A stretch of DNA of 64,000 nucleotides from assembly GCA_030448055.1 (NCBI GenBank), contig JAUJNR010000002.1, forward strand, positions 329,882-393,881, given 5' to 3'. Positions 1 to 9,069 of the stretch are shown in pieces. Both the position numbers and the translations under genes were made by a program. This stretch comes from Pyrinomonadaceae bacterium. GTDB taxonomy: Bacteria > Acidobacteriota > Blastocatellia > Pyrinomonadales > Pyrinomonadaceae. Position 1 is the stretch's first letter. Each line of letters begins with the position of its first letter. The notes under the pieces were generated by a model that worked only from the letters and a program-made list of their open reading frames with translations, was not told where the DNA came from and searched no databases.

Positions 1-63
1 ACCTCGACCACAGTTTATGTAGCGATTGACAAGGGAAAACAGCAAGACATCAGGCGAGCTTAA
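1..63 (+). CDS. 3-prime end of an upstream ORF, product unknown (partial at window edge)
   Basis: Frame 1 is open from base 1 to TAA at 61..63. Only 20 codons are visible and there is no recognisable motif. Confidence 0.25.
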   Translation, partial: TSTTVYVAIDKGKQQDIRRA

Positions 64-372
64 TAGGTCAACAGAACCTATTGGACGGATTGCGACAAAT
101 TAACGGCTTCAGGCAAACTCTGTTTTTTCGGCTTCAGCCCAATTGCGCTAAAACAAAAAGAAAAATTGATATTTATGCAGGTTTGGCTAAAGCTCTCGTT
201 TCTTTAATCAACCTGTCCGCTAGGTAAAGCTAGCGGCAATTTATGAAATGTCAACAGAATATAATCGTCCGCCATTAACTTTTTTTTTGCATTCCGGCTC
301 GTTTTAATTATTTTTCGTGCGTATGTAATCGGGTAAACTGATTTTTTTGCGGATTGAAATTGATTTATAAAT

Positions 373-1728
373 ATGGCGAATCTACTGATCGTTGACGACG
401 AAGCGGGTTACCGGCAGGTTTTGAAGGTGATTTTTGAAACCGAAGGTTTCGCGGTTTGGACGGCGACCAGCGGGCGCGCGGCGCTCGCGCATCTGAAAAC
501 CGAAGCGTGCGATCTGATCGTTTCCGACGTGCGGATGCCGGATATGGACGGCATCGCGCTGCTTCGGGAAGCGCGCAAAATTTACCCAGACATCGGCGTC
601 GTTTTGATGACCGCGTTCGGCACGATTGAAACGGCGCGCGAAGCCTTCAAACTCGGCGCGGACGATTTCGTCGAAAAGCCTTTTAACAACGAAGAACTAA
701 AGCTCATCGTCCGAAGAACGCTTGACAAACAGGCGATTGTCAGCGAAAACCGCGCTTTCCGGGCGGCGCAGAGAAAAAGCGGAAGCATTGCGAACATCGT
801 CGGGCAGTCGCCGAATATGCAGGAGCTTTACCGGATGATTGAGATTGTCGCCAAAGAGCAGTCAACCGTTTTGATCACGGGCGAATCGGGAACTGGCAAG
901 GAACTCGTCGCCCGCGCGGTTCACGATTTATCAGACCGCGCCGAAAAACCTTTCGTTCCGGTCAACTGCGGCGCGATGCCGGAAAATCTGCTTGAATCAG
1001 AACTGTTCGGTTTTATGAAGGGAACTTTTACGGGCGCGGCAAACAATCGCGCCGGTCTTTTTGAATCAGCCGACAAGGGCAGCATTTTTCTCGACGAAAT
1101 CGGCGAAATGCCGCTCGCTATGCAGGTCAAAATTTTGCGCGCCCTGCAGGAAAAGCGCATCAGGCGCGTCGGCGCGGCTGACGAAATTGCGGTGAACGCG
1201 CGCGTCATTGCGGCGACGAACCGCGACATCAAACAGATGGTCGAAGACGGCGAGTTTCGTCAGGATTTGTATTATCGCCTGACGGTTATTCCGCTGCGCG
1301 TTCCGCCGCTGCGCGAGCGGCGCGAGGACATTCCCGAACTTGCCAATCATTTTATAAAAAAATTCGCGGCGCGTTCCGGCAAAAATATCGGGCTATCGGC
1401 GGAGACTTCGGAAGTTTTGTGTAATCGCCCGTGGCGCGGCAATGTCCGCGAACTCGAACACGCCATCGAACGCGCCGTCGCGCTGACCGGCGACGGCGAA
1501 GAAATTCCGCCCGCTTACTGCGCCGACGGCGACGAGCGCACCGAGCGCGCCCGCGTCGTTGATTTGCCCGAAGACGGACTGCATCTGCCGACGCACATCA
1601 GCAATCTCGAACGCGATTTCGTCGCCGAAGCCTTGCGGCGCACCGGCGGCAATCAAACGCGCGCCGCCCAGATTTTGCAAATTCCGGTTCACGCACTGCG
1701 GCATCTGCTCGCTAAACACAAATTATAG
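373..1728 (+). CDS. sigma-54-dependent Fis-family response regulator (NtrC/PilR-like)
   Basis: Receiver domain (LIVSDVRMPDMDG). AAA+ sigma-54 interaction domain (Walker A GESGTGKE, GAFTGA-variant GTFTGA, Walker B FLDEIGEM). C-terminal Fis-type HTH (NQTRAAQILQIPVHALRHLL). Confidence 0.95.
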   Translation: MANLLIVDDEAGYRQVLKVIFETEGFAVWTATSGRAALAHLKTEACDLIVSDVRMPDMDGIALLREARKIYPDIGVVLMTAFGTIETAREAFKLGADDFVEKPFNNEELKLIVRRTLDKQAIVSENRAFRAAQRKSGSIANIVGQSPNMQELYRMIEIVAKEQSTVLITGESGTGKELVARAVHDLSDRAEKPFVPVNCGAMPENLLESELFGFMKGTFTGAANNRAGLFESADKGSIFLDEIGEMPLAMQVKILRALQEKRIRRVGAADEIAVNARVIAATNRDIKQMVEDGEFRQDLYYRLTVIPLRVPPLRERREDIPELANHFIKKFAARSGKNIGLSAETSEVLCNRPWRGNVRELEHAIERAVALTGDGEEIPPAYCADGDERTERARVVDLPEDGLHLPTHISNLERDFVAEALRRTGGNQTRAAQILQIPVHALRHLLAKHKL

Positions 1729-1746
1729 ACGTACAAAAAAGCCAAA
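1663..1746. repeat. direct repeat copy 1: last 21 codons of the regulator gene plus 18 bp downstream
   Basis: GCCGCCCAGATTTTGCAAATT...GCGGCATCTGCTCGCTAAACACAAATTATAGACG.ACAAAAA(A)GCCAAA recurs at 2417..2485. Confidence 0.9.
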
Positions 1747-1852
1747 CGATAAAAGATACGGCGATTGGCGCGAATAACCGACAGGCAATCACATCGTCAT
1801 AAAAATCCCCGATTTCTTGCTTTTGAATTCGCCGTAGCCGATAATTTTAATT

Positions 1853-2086
1853 ATGAATTACCGAGATTACATTACCGTTGAACCGAACAAGCGCGGCGGA
1901 AAACCGTGTGTGCGCGGCTTGCGAATCACGGTTTATGAAGTGCTTGAATATCTGGCTTCCGAGATGACCGTCGAAGAAATACTCGATGACTTTCCCGATT
2001 TGACGCGGGAAGATTTGAAAGCCTGTATCGCTTACGCCGCCGACCGTGAACGCCGATTGATGCTCGCGCCTCAGATGCCTGCGTGA
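1853..2086 (+). CDS. DUF433-family protein (antitoxin-like partner)
   Basis: Motif ITVEPNKRGGKPCVRGLRITVYEVLEYLASEMTVEEILDDFPDLTREDLKACIAYAA matches the DUF433 pattern. It overlaps the next ORF by 4 bp (GTGA). Confidence 0.85.
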   Translation: MNYRDYITVEPNKRGGKPCVRGLRITVYEVLEYLASEMTVEEILDDFPDLTREDLKACIAYAADRERRLMLAPQMPA

Positions 2087-2415
2087 AACTTCTTTTTGAC
2101 GAAAACTTGTCGCCTAATCTGCCGCGTCTTTTGGCGGATATTTTTCCCGACTCGCTTCACGTTCGAGATGTCGGTATGAAAGCGACCGACGACCCAACGG
2201 TTTGGGATTACGCCAAAGCGGGCGATTTTATGATTGTCTCGAAAGACGCTGATATGCACGACCTGAGTTTGGTGTTTGGCGCGCCGCCGAAGGTAATTTG
2301 GGTGCGGCTCGGAAACTGTTCGACGGCGCAGGCGGAAAATCTGCTGCGTGGAGAGTTTGGCGTTATCAGATTGTTTTATGAAGACGAGTTTATATCGCTT
2401 CTCGCTTTGCCCTAA
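2083..2415 (+). CDS. DUF5615-family PIN-like protein (putative toxin)
   Basis: The N-terminus MKLLFDENLSPNLPRLL...DDPTVWDYAKAGDFMIVSKDADM is typical of DUF5615. It is translationally coupled to the DUF433 gene. Confidence 0.85.
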   Translation: MKLLFDENLSPNLPRLLADIFPDSLHVRDVGMKATDDPTVWDYAKAGDFMIVSKDADMHDLSLVFGAPPKVIWVRLGNCSTAQAENLLRGEFGVIRLFYEDEFISLLALP

Positions 2416-2416
2416 T

Positions 2417-2485
2417 GCCGCCCAGATTTTGCAAATTGCGGCATCTGCTCGCTAAACACAAATTATAGACGGACAAAAAGCCAAA
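2417..2485. repeat. direct repeat copy 2 (decayed relic of the regulator 3-prime end)
   Basis: Same sequence as 1663..1746 but lacking 14 bp (CCGGTTCACGCACT). It also has one substitution and a one-A-shorter A run. Confidence 0.9.
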
Positions 2486-2566
2486 GAGCGACGGCTGATT
2501 TCCGCGCCGCAATAAAAAAGTGGAACGAGATTGCTCTTATTCCGCTGATTGTGAGGTGTTTGAAAA

Positions 2567-3043
2567 TTATGAACCGACTATTGTGCCGGTGGTTATCGCT
2601 CCCGTAGCCGCATTGCAAGTCGGCGCGACGATGCCCGCCAGTCGGTAGATAGGTCCCGGATGCGCCGTGGCGTATGAATAACCACCAGATGAAACTGAGG
2701 CGGAAACGGCGGTCGCGCAAAATCCGATGTTGCCTGTTCCGCCGCGCGTTAATGAATAGGTGTAAGTATTTTTAACAACAGTTGCCGCTGTCCAACTGCC
2801 ATCAATCAAATTAGCCGCCACTAAATCGGCAAAAGTTCCGAATGAAGTGTTATTGCCCGTGGCTATATAAGTGTGTTCCGCAGTATTAAGCGTGCGGAGA
2901 TTCGCCACGGCGCTCGCTTCGTTAGCCGACCGCCGCGAGCTAATCAGATTCGGAATGGCAATGGCGGCAAGAATGCCAATAATAATCACAACCACTATCA
3001 GTTCAATTAAGGAGAATCCTTTTTGCTTGACTATGTTTTTCAT
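2567..3043 (-). CDS. type IV pilin-like protein (prepilin N-terminal cleavage/methylation domain)
   Basis: KGFSLIELIVVVIIIGILAAIAIPNL leader and hydrophobic helix; a C-terminal Cys pair; AGGAGAA Shine-Dalgarno sequence upstream. Confidence 0.9.
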   Translation of the reverse strand: MKNIVKQKGFSLIELIVVVIIIGILAAIAIPNLISSRRSANEASAVANLRTLNTAEHTYIATGNNTSFGTFADLVAANLIDGSWTAATVVKNTYTYSLTRGGTGNIGFCATAVSASVSSGGYSYATAHPGPIYRLAGIVAPTCNAATGAITTGTIVGS

Positions 3044-3058
3044 TTTCTTCTCCTATTG

Positions 3059-3090
3059 AAAAAGCGGAACGGGAACAAATCCCATTCCGC
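3059..3090 (-). terminator. rho-independent terminator between the two pilin genes
   Basis: Minus strand reads GCGGAATGGGA-TTTGT-TCCCGTTCCGC followed by TTTTT. Confidence 0.7.
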
Positions 3091-3316
3091 TCGTTGTGAG
3101 ATTAATTGATAATGCGAATCAGAGATTAGCTGCCTTTAACTTTCGCGTTTGTTCCGGTGATTGCTCCGTCAGCAGGATCGCACTCGATTGTTGCGTTATC
3201 TGCTTCCCAAACAGTGCCGCCCGAACTGACTGCGTAATCTTTTGCTTGCGCATCAGTTGATACAGCCGTCGCGCAATATCCGGCAGCTTCCCCCGCTTCG
3301 CTCCGCGTATATGTAT

Positions 3317-4253
3317 GTGAATCAGTAGTAGAAAACGAGCAAAAAGAAAGCAAAAGCCAGTTTTCCCCAGCAATGTATTAGCAAGGCGGCGGTTGAACGC
3401 ACTTTGCTTGCTCTTTGGATGTTCGTTTTCTCGATTATCCAGTTGAATAAACTTTCAATCGGTTGCCGAAATTTACTGACAAGGCGATTGTAATGCCTTT
3501 GAGTTTCAGAGAGTTCTTTGCCTTTTGGTTTTTTGACCGGAGTAACCAGTTTCGTATTTTGTTCTCTTAAGAAGGCGATAATCTGTCTTGTCGGGTAGGC
3601 GAGGTCGCCGAAAAGCGTCACGTTTGGTAATTGGAGTTGTTGGTTTTCAAGGGCTTTTGAATCGTGGGCGGAAGCCTCGCGCAGCCAGAGATGCACGGGT
3701 TTAGGCAATCTGCCGATTTGCCCAGCGGCGAGGCAGTGCAGGCGCACGCCGTGAAAGCGAGTCTTTTTGGCGGCACAAAATCCAGCGTTGGCAACTTCGC
3801 GGGCGACGCGAGCCGAATAGGAATGACCGTGTTGGGCTAACATTACCGGCAGCGAATCAACGATGCGGTCAATTCCGGCTTCAGGCTGTGGATTCAGTGA
3901 TTTGAGCAGCACCTTGCCGAAAGTTTGAAAACTTGGCTCCAGTAAATTGAGCCGATGAACAAAGGTTTGATACGCCGGAAAGCGCGGAAACCAGGCAGAC
4001 CAATAGTTCTTGATGAAAGTGTGCATTTGTTTTTTCTGCGACAAGCCGTTCAAATGAGCAAAGAACCAAATTGCGATTAGTTCCTGGTCGGTAAAAAGCG
4101 GTTCGTTATTGTTGCTCATTCTTTGAAAACAGGTATCAGAACAAGTATCGTAGATTTGACAGACAAACAGGTAAATTTGAATCAGTTGATTTTCCATAGA
4201 CAAGAAAATTCTACTAATTCAGCCGTTTGTCTGTCTTTCAACTACTGATTCGC
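3317..4253 (-). mobile_element. IS982-family-like insertion sequence (937 bp)
   Basis: Terminal inverted repeats GTGAATCAGTAGTAGAAA / GCGAATCAGTAGTTGAAA. Perfect 8-bp target duplication ATATGTAT at 3309..3316 and 4254..4261. A single DDE transposase ORF. Confidence 0.85.
3322..4203 (-). CDS. DDE transposase (IS982-like)
   Basis: A 293-aa ORF fills the element. The overall pattern (FTDQELI..., WFPRFPAYQTF, DSLPV, GDLAYP, QPIESLFNWI) resembles IS982/IS5-superfamily transposases. Confidence 0.75.
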   Translation of the reverse strand: MSMENQLIQIYLFVCQIYDTCSDTCFQRMSNNNEPLFTDQELIAIWFFAHLNGLSQKKQMHTFIKNYWSAWFPRFPAYQTFVHRLNLLEPSFQTFGKVLLKSLNPQPEAGIDRIVDSLPVMLAQHGHSYSARVAREVANAGFCAAKKTRFHGVRLHCLAAGQIGRLPKPVHLWLREASAHDSKALENQQLQLPNVTLFGDLAYPTRQIIAFLREQNTKLVTPVKKPKGKELSETQRHYNRLVSKFRQPIESLFNWIIEKTNIQRASKVRSTAALLIHCWGKLAFAFFLLVFYY

Positions 4254-4664
4254 ATATGTATATACGTAAGTGTTTTTTGTCGGTGTGCCTGTCCAGCTTG
4301 AATCAAGCAAGCCCGGTGCGGCGCTTAAAGCTACAAAGTTGTCAGCAAAATAACCACTGCCATTTTGCGTGGCGGCGAAAGTAGCGTTAGCCGTATGAAC
4401 GGTGCGCAGATTGGAAACCGCCGCCGCTTCGTTAGCGGCGCGACGTGACGAAAGAAGATTCGGAATAGCAATAGCCGCAATGATACCGATGATGATTACG
4501 ACAACCAGAAGCTCGATGAGCGAGAAACCTTTTTGATTTTTCATTTTAATTTTATTCTCCAGATATTTTAATTTAGTTTTTATTTACGCTTGATAAATCT
4601 TAAAGTGAGGAACTTATGAGAAGTTCTTTTTAACTTTTGTGATTAGCGTATGCCGGAAAATATG

Positions 4665-4679
4665 ACAAGCCGCGTGCCA
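4665..4679 (-). promoter_or_regulatory. candidate sigma-54 promoter upstream of the interrupted pilin gene
   Basis: The minus strand reads TTGGCACGCGGCTTGTCA. The -24 TGGCAC is exact, while the -12 element is TTGT instead of TTGC. It lies about 120 bp upstream of the ATG at 4544, and a sigma-54 activator is encoded at 373..1728. Confidence 0.45.
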
Positions 4680-4782
4680 AATGTTCTCCCGCGCCGCGCC
4701 GACACCGTTTAACCTAACGAATTCAACAGTTTAAAAAGGCGCGAACTCTTTTAGCGAGCCGCCGCTTGCCGTTGTTTAAATT

Positions 4783-4827
4783 AAAAAAGTGAGACTTTTC
4801 TCACTCGATGTTAGAGAAAGTCTCACT
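4783..4827 (-). terminator. rho-independent terminator of the 4890..5534 gene
   Basis: A 14-bp stem (AGTGAGACTTT(T)CTC / GAGAAAGTCTCACT) followed on the minus strand by TTTTTT. Confidence 0.7.
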
Positions 4828-4889
4828 TTGAACCGTAGCTGCCGGAATTTTAATGTCGTTTGATAATCGAAAAAAGTTAGTTTGAAATT

Positions 4890-5534
4890 TTATCGCTTAG
4901 CTTGTCGCTGCGTTTCCAGATTTTCCGTGCAGTCGTCCCAGAGTTTTGCCGGGCAGGTGAACATTTGCGGATTGTATTCGCGCGTCTGAAGTTCGATGGT
5001 CGTATAAGTCGGCGTCGTGCCGTGCGAAAGCGTCGTCCAGCCCAACTGTCGGCGGCTGCGCCAAACGAATTCGTAGGCTTCGGGTTCGTTCGCGCCTTTT
5101 AAATGCTGCGCTTCGTGCAGCAGCACCATCGCCCGTTCGGTGTCGTCGTCGGCTTTAGTAAAAAAATCAGGATAGACGGTTATCGTCCCAAGCGGAAAAT
5201 TCGTCGCCGCGTAGGCGTTTTCTTTGTCAACCAAAAGATTGAGCCAGTTGTCCGAACTGCGAAACGTCGCCGCCCGCCGCAACAGAAAAACTTCCTGTTC
5301 AAATCCTCTCGCTTCGAGCAACTGAACGGCTCGTTCAATCGTTTCGCGGTCTTCGGCGCGCATCGGCGCGGAAGTAATAACGAGCGACAAATAAAAAATC
5401 ACGACGGTCAGCGCCGCGACCGCCGAATTATTCAAAAGCAATTTTAAGAACGTCTGTTTTTGAACCGGCGCGTTCCAACCGCCTACCGCGCCGTCTTCTA
5501 ATTCGCTGTCAACATTCATATCAATTGGATGCAA
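4890..5534 (-). CDS. hypothetical membrane-anchored protein with HExxH motif
   Basis: One N-terminal hydrophobic helix (AALTVVIFYLSLVITSAP) and the motif LLHEAQHL. The family is not recognised. Confidence 0.6.
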   Translation of the reverse strand: MHPIDMNVDSELEDGAVGGWNAPVQKQTFLKLLLNNSAVAALTVVIFYLSLVITSAPMRAEDRETIERAVQLLEARGFEQEVFLLRRAATFRSSDNWLNLLVDKENAYAATNFPLGTITVYPDFFTKADDDTERAMVLLHEAQHLKGANEPEAYEFVWRSRRQLGWTTLSHGTTPTYTTIELQTREYNPQMFTCPAKLWDDCTENLETQRQAKR

Positions 5535-5844
5535 ACCCTTTTAGAATAATGAAAATTATGGGCAAGCCAATATAATCAGCCTGCCCGTAAAACAGCGTAT
5601 AACAGTTAACAAAACTTTACAACAAATTTAGATTGCTTTCTTGGTTTTCAGAAGAACCGTTTCGATCAATTCCGAGAGATATTTTCGCGCGAAATGCTTT
5701 CAAAAGTTTTTGTAACAATTGAAATTTTCCGAAAGCTAAAACTACACTGTGTTGTTCTCGCCAAAGCTTTACTCTTTCTAATAACGCCCGCTTTTTTGCT
5801 CAAACTTACAACTTTTTTCAACCCCAATATCACTCTGCCTTTTT

Positions 5845-5885
5845 ATAGGAGTGTTCTCCTACAAAATATAGGAGAACACTCCTAT
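5845..5885. repeat. perfect 16-bp palindrome plus a third half-site
   Basis: ATAGGAGTGTTCTCCT-N9-AGGAGAACACTCCTAT, with a related half-site GAGGACACTCCTAG about 10 bp downstream. It lies about 160 bp upstream of the adhesin-like gene. Confidence 0.8.
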
Positions 5886-6044
5886 TCAAAAAGAGAGGAC
5901 ACTCCTAGAAATTAAAGGAAGCCTCTCTCATGTGTAGCTCGATAGTTCCAGGTAAACTAAAAACAATTAGCCCAAACAAATAGATCGCCTGTTTAGCCGC
6001 TAGATAAATTTAAAAAAATAATAAGGAAATTCAGAAATAACAAA

Positions 6045-7868
6045 ATGAAAACTCTCCAGCCCGAATCTTCAAATAAAACTACTTTAAGAAACAAAACCAT
6101 GTATTTTACAAAATTGCGTTTTACTATAATCTCATCGTTTATTTTAACGGCAATGTTTAATGTCATTGCTTTTTCTTCGAGCGCTTTCGCACAAACGCAG
6201 GCAATGCAGGTAAGCATTGATGTTGTTCCTAATCAGTCTGAAAACAACATTTCACTTGGAACTAGCTATGCAATACCGGTTGCAATCTTAAGCGGTGGGT
6301 CATTTGACGCTGCAACAGTGAATCCTGAAACCTTGAGATTAGCAGGCGGTCCCGTATCTAAAGACGATAATGGAGAGTTATCCTCATTAACAGATATTAA
6401 CGGAGACGGAGTTCAGGACATGCTCGTCTATTTTGCCGCCGATTATACTGAACTCAACGAAAATTCAACAGAAGTAATTCTAAATGGTTTTACGGCAGAT
6501 GAAATACCTCTTCAAGGTATAGGTTATGTTCGATGCACGAGAGCAGGAACACCGCAAGCCAAAGTTAAAGGATCAAGTGTTTCAGGCGGAAGTGGACCGG
6601 TACTCGCTACAGTAATGGTAAAGCCGGCTTTTATATTGGGGTATACAGACGCAATTTATAACTATGTAGCCTCTTTTTTCGCGCCTGAACCGGCACCAAT
6701 CGCTACGCCGGTAGCTGATACTGTAACTCCTTTTACAAACAATGCAATAATTAATATTCCAGCCTCTGGCAATACCTCTGGCAGTGCCAACCCCTATCCT
6801 TCACAGATTACCGTCTCCAATGTAACTGGTAATGTAAAGAAAGTGACTGTAACGCTGAATGGCATTTCTCATAGTGGTCCGGATGATATTGACATTTTGT
6901 TAGTAGGACCTACAGGTAAAGCTTTGGTCATTATGTCAGATGCAGGTGGTAGTCCGGATATCACCAACCTGACTCTTACCCTTGACGATACAGCCGCGGA
7001 GAAAGTACAAGATAGTGGCTTGATTGCATCTAATAATGCTGTTGTTAGCTTTAAACCAACTAATCACGCAACTAGTGTAGATAATTTTGTTAGTCCAGCT
7101 CCAGCCTCATCAACAATTGAAAGCCCAGGTGGTACAGGAGACGCTGGAACCGCAGGACTATCTGTTTTTAATGGATTAAATCCTAATGGAATATGGAAAC
7201 TGTTTGTGCGAGACGATGCCAATGGCGATATAGGAAGTATCAGCCGTGGTTGGACTTTGAATATCACCACAGAGCCGTCAGATACAACCGCGCCGACGCT
7301 GACTTTGCCAAGCAATATAACAGCGGAGGCTACTAGCGCGTCCGGTAGAGAAATAACTTATACAGCGACAGCGACTGATGCTAATCCTGCTTCTCCGACA
7401 GTAAATTGTAATCCTGCGTCGGGCAGCACGTTTGCCATAGCCACAACGACCGTCAACTGTAGCGCAACTGATGACTATAACAACACTGCAAACGGCAGCT
7501 TCACAGTCACGGTGAGAGACACAACGGCTCCGCAAATAACAGCTTCCAATATCACGGTTAATGCGACATCAGCTTCAGGCGCATCGGTTTCGTTCAATGG
7601 TATTACAGCTACTGACGCGGTTGCTTCATCCCCGAGTTTAGCTTTCAAAAAAACAGCAGATAATAGCCCTGTTTCATCAGGTGCTACTTTCTCAATTGGC
7701 ACTACTAATGTAACGGTTACTGCCACGGACGGTTATAACAACAGTTCGAATGCAACCTTTAATGTCATTGTCAACAAATTGTCAACAAATATCACTGGCT
7801 TGATTCCATCAGTATTAACTTATGGTCAATCAGTTCCACAAACAGCATCTGTTCAAGGCGGTCCTACT
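6045..7868 (+). pseudogene. 5-prime part of a large secreted adhesin-like gene (proprotein-convertase P-domain plus HYR repeats), truncated by IS insertion
   Basis: Signal peptide from the internal Met at 6099 (MYFTKLRFTIISSFILTAMFNVIAFSSSAFAQ). P-domain-like segment (ISHSGPDDIDILLVGPTGK...GIWKLFVRDDANGDIGSI). Two HYR-like repeats (DTTAP...VTVRDTTAP). The last 10 codons of the tracked ORF (to 7898) are IS sequence. Confidence 0.8.
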
Positions 7869-7894
7869 TGTAAAGCTCCCGTAATTACTCCAAT

Positions 7895-8740
7895 CTAGGT
7901 TACAGTTTTCGAGTTGAACTTTTGCAAATATTCTATCGGCGATAGATTTCCCAGCGAGTCGTGCGGGCGATGCTGATTGTAAATATCGAGCCACTTTTCC
8001 GTTTCCGTTTTCACCTCTTCCAAACTTTCAAAGATATACATATTCAAAACCGCTTCCCGAAACGAGCGATTGAAGCGTTCGATGAAACCGTTCTGCATCG
8101 GTCTTCCCGGTTTGATGAATTCCAATGCGACTCCTTTCTCTTCCGCCCAGTCCGCCACTGCCAAAGCCGTTAGCTCCGGTCCGTTATCGAACCTGATTTT
8201 CTCCGGCAACCCGCGCCAAACGGCGGTTTGATCAAGAATCCGCACAACTCTTTGGGCTGAAATTCCAGTGTCAATTTCAATGGCAAGAGCTTCGCGGTTG
8301 AAATCATCAATCACATTGAACGTGCGGAAACGTCTGCCGTTCCATAGTGCGTCACTCATAAAGTCCGCCGACCAAACTTGATTGACTGTTTCCGGCACAG
8401 CGAGCGGCAACGGATTTCTCGAAGGAACGCGCCGTTTGTGTTTGCGCCGTCTGTTCAGTTTCAGTCCGCAATAAATGCGATACACGCGCTTGTGATTCCA
8501 CGGATTGCCGAGCCGCCGGAGCGTCAGAAACATCTTGCGAAAGCCGAACTCCGGATGCTTGGCTGCCAGTTTCGTCAGAGCCGTTTGAATCACGGAGTCG
8601 TCGCGCCCGTGCGCCGCATAGCGAAAGACCGACCTCGACAGGTTGACCAGCCGGCAGGCACGTCGCTCACTCAGGTGATGCTCAGTCTGCAAGTGCGAAA
8701 CGACCGCTTTTTTCGCTATCGGCTCCAGGGCTTTTTTCAA
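7895..8740 (-). CDS. IS3-family transposase OrfB (DDE integrase core)
   Basis: Identical in translation to 42741..43538. Motifs DFMSD...IRFDNGPEL...NGFIERFNRSFRE are present. Confidence 0.85.
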   Translation of the reverse strand: MKKALEPIAKKAVVSHLQTEHHLSERRACRLVNLSRSVFRYAAHGRDDSVIQTALTKLAAKHPEFGFRKMFLTLRRLGNPWNHKRVYRIYCGLKLNRRRKHKRRVPSRNPLPLAVPETVNQVWSADFMSDALWNGRRFRTFNVIDDFNREALAIEIDTGISAQRVVRILDQTAVWRGLPEKIRFDNGPELTALAVADWAEEKGVALEFIKPGRPMQNGFIERFNRSFREAVLNMYIFESLEEVKTETEKWLDIYNQHRPHDSLGNLSPIEYLQKFNSKTVT

Positions 8741-8991
8741 TTACATCCTTCAGTGCGCGATTCTCTAATGACAGGTCGGCGAACATTCTCTTGAGCTGCC
8801 GATTCTCGTCTTCCAGATCGCGCATCCGCTTCAAATCGGAGGCTTCCATACCGCCGTATTTCGTTTTCCACTTAAAATAAGTCGAAGGCGAAATCGAGTT
8901 TTTCTCGGCAGACTTCAGCGACGGTTCTGCCGCTTTCGGTCTGCTTCAAAATGTTAATAATCTGATGTTCACTAAACTTACTTTTCATCAT
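8716..8991 (-). pseudogene. IS3-family OrfA of copy 1, frameshifted
   Basis: Relative to copy 2 it has one extra base in a homopolymer (T5 at 8899..8903 versus A4 at 42530..42533), giving an early stop. It is also one base short at the slippery run (T6 at 8732..8737 versus A7 at 42695..42701). Confidence 0.8.
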
Positions 8992-9069
8992 CGTTTTCGG
9001 TTCTCCTTAACTTTCTACTTTGACCGAAAACTGTAATCTTGTCTGGCTCTATTTTATGGGATGGTTACA

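Larger units (their letters stand above)
3126..4544 (-). pseudogene. type IV pilin paralogue interrupted by an IS982-like element
   Basis: The N-terminal part 4254..4544 (MKNQKGFSLIELLVVVIIIGIIAAIAIPNL...KNTYVYTY) and C-terminal part 3126..3308 (TRSEAGEAAGYCATAV...) are in frame once the IS and one TSD copy are removed. The joined product is a 157-aa pilin parallel to the 158-aa neighbour. Confidence 0.9.
7869..9069 (-). mobile_element. IS3-family (IS407-group) insertion sequence, copy 1 (1201 bp)
   Basis: Ends TGTAAAGCTCCCGTAA... and TGTAACCATCCCATAA... (inverted). Same length as, and colinear with, the copy at 42364..43564. Its own flanks (TACT / TACG) are not a duplication. Confidence 0.9.
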
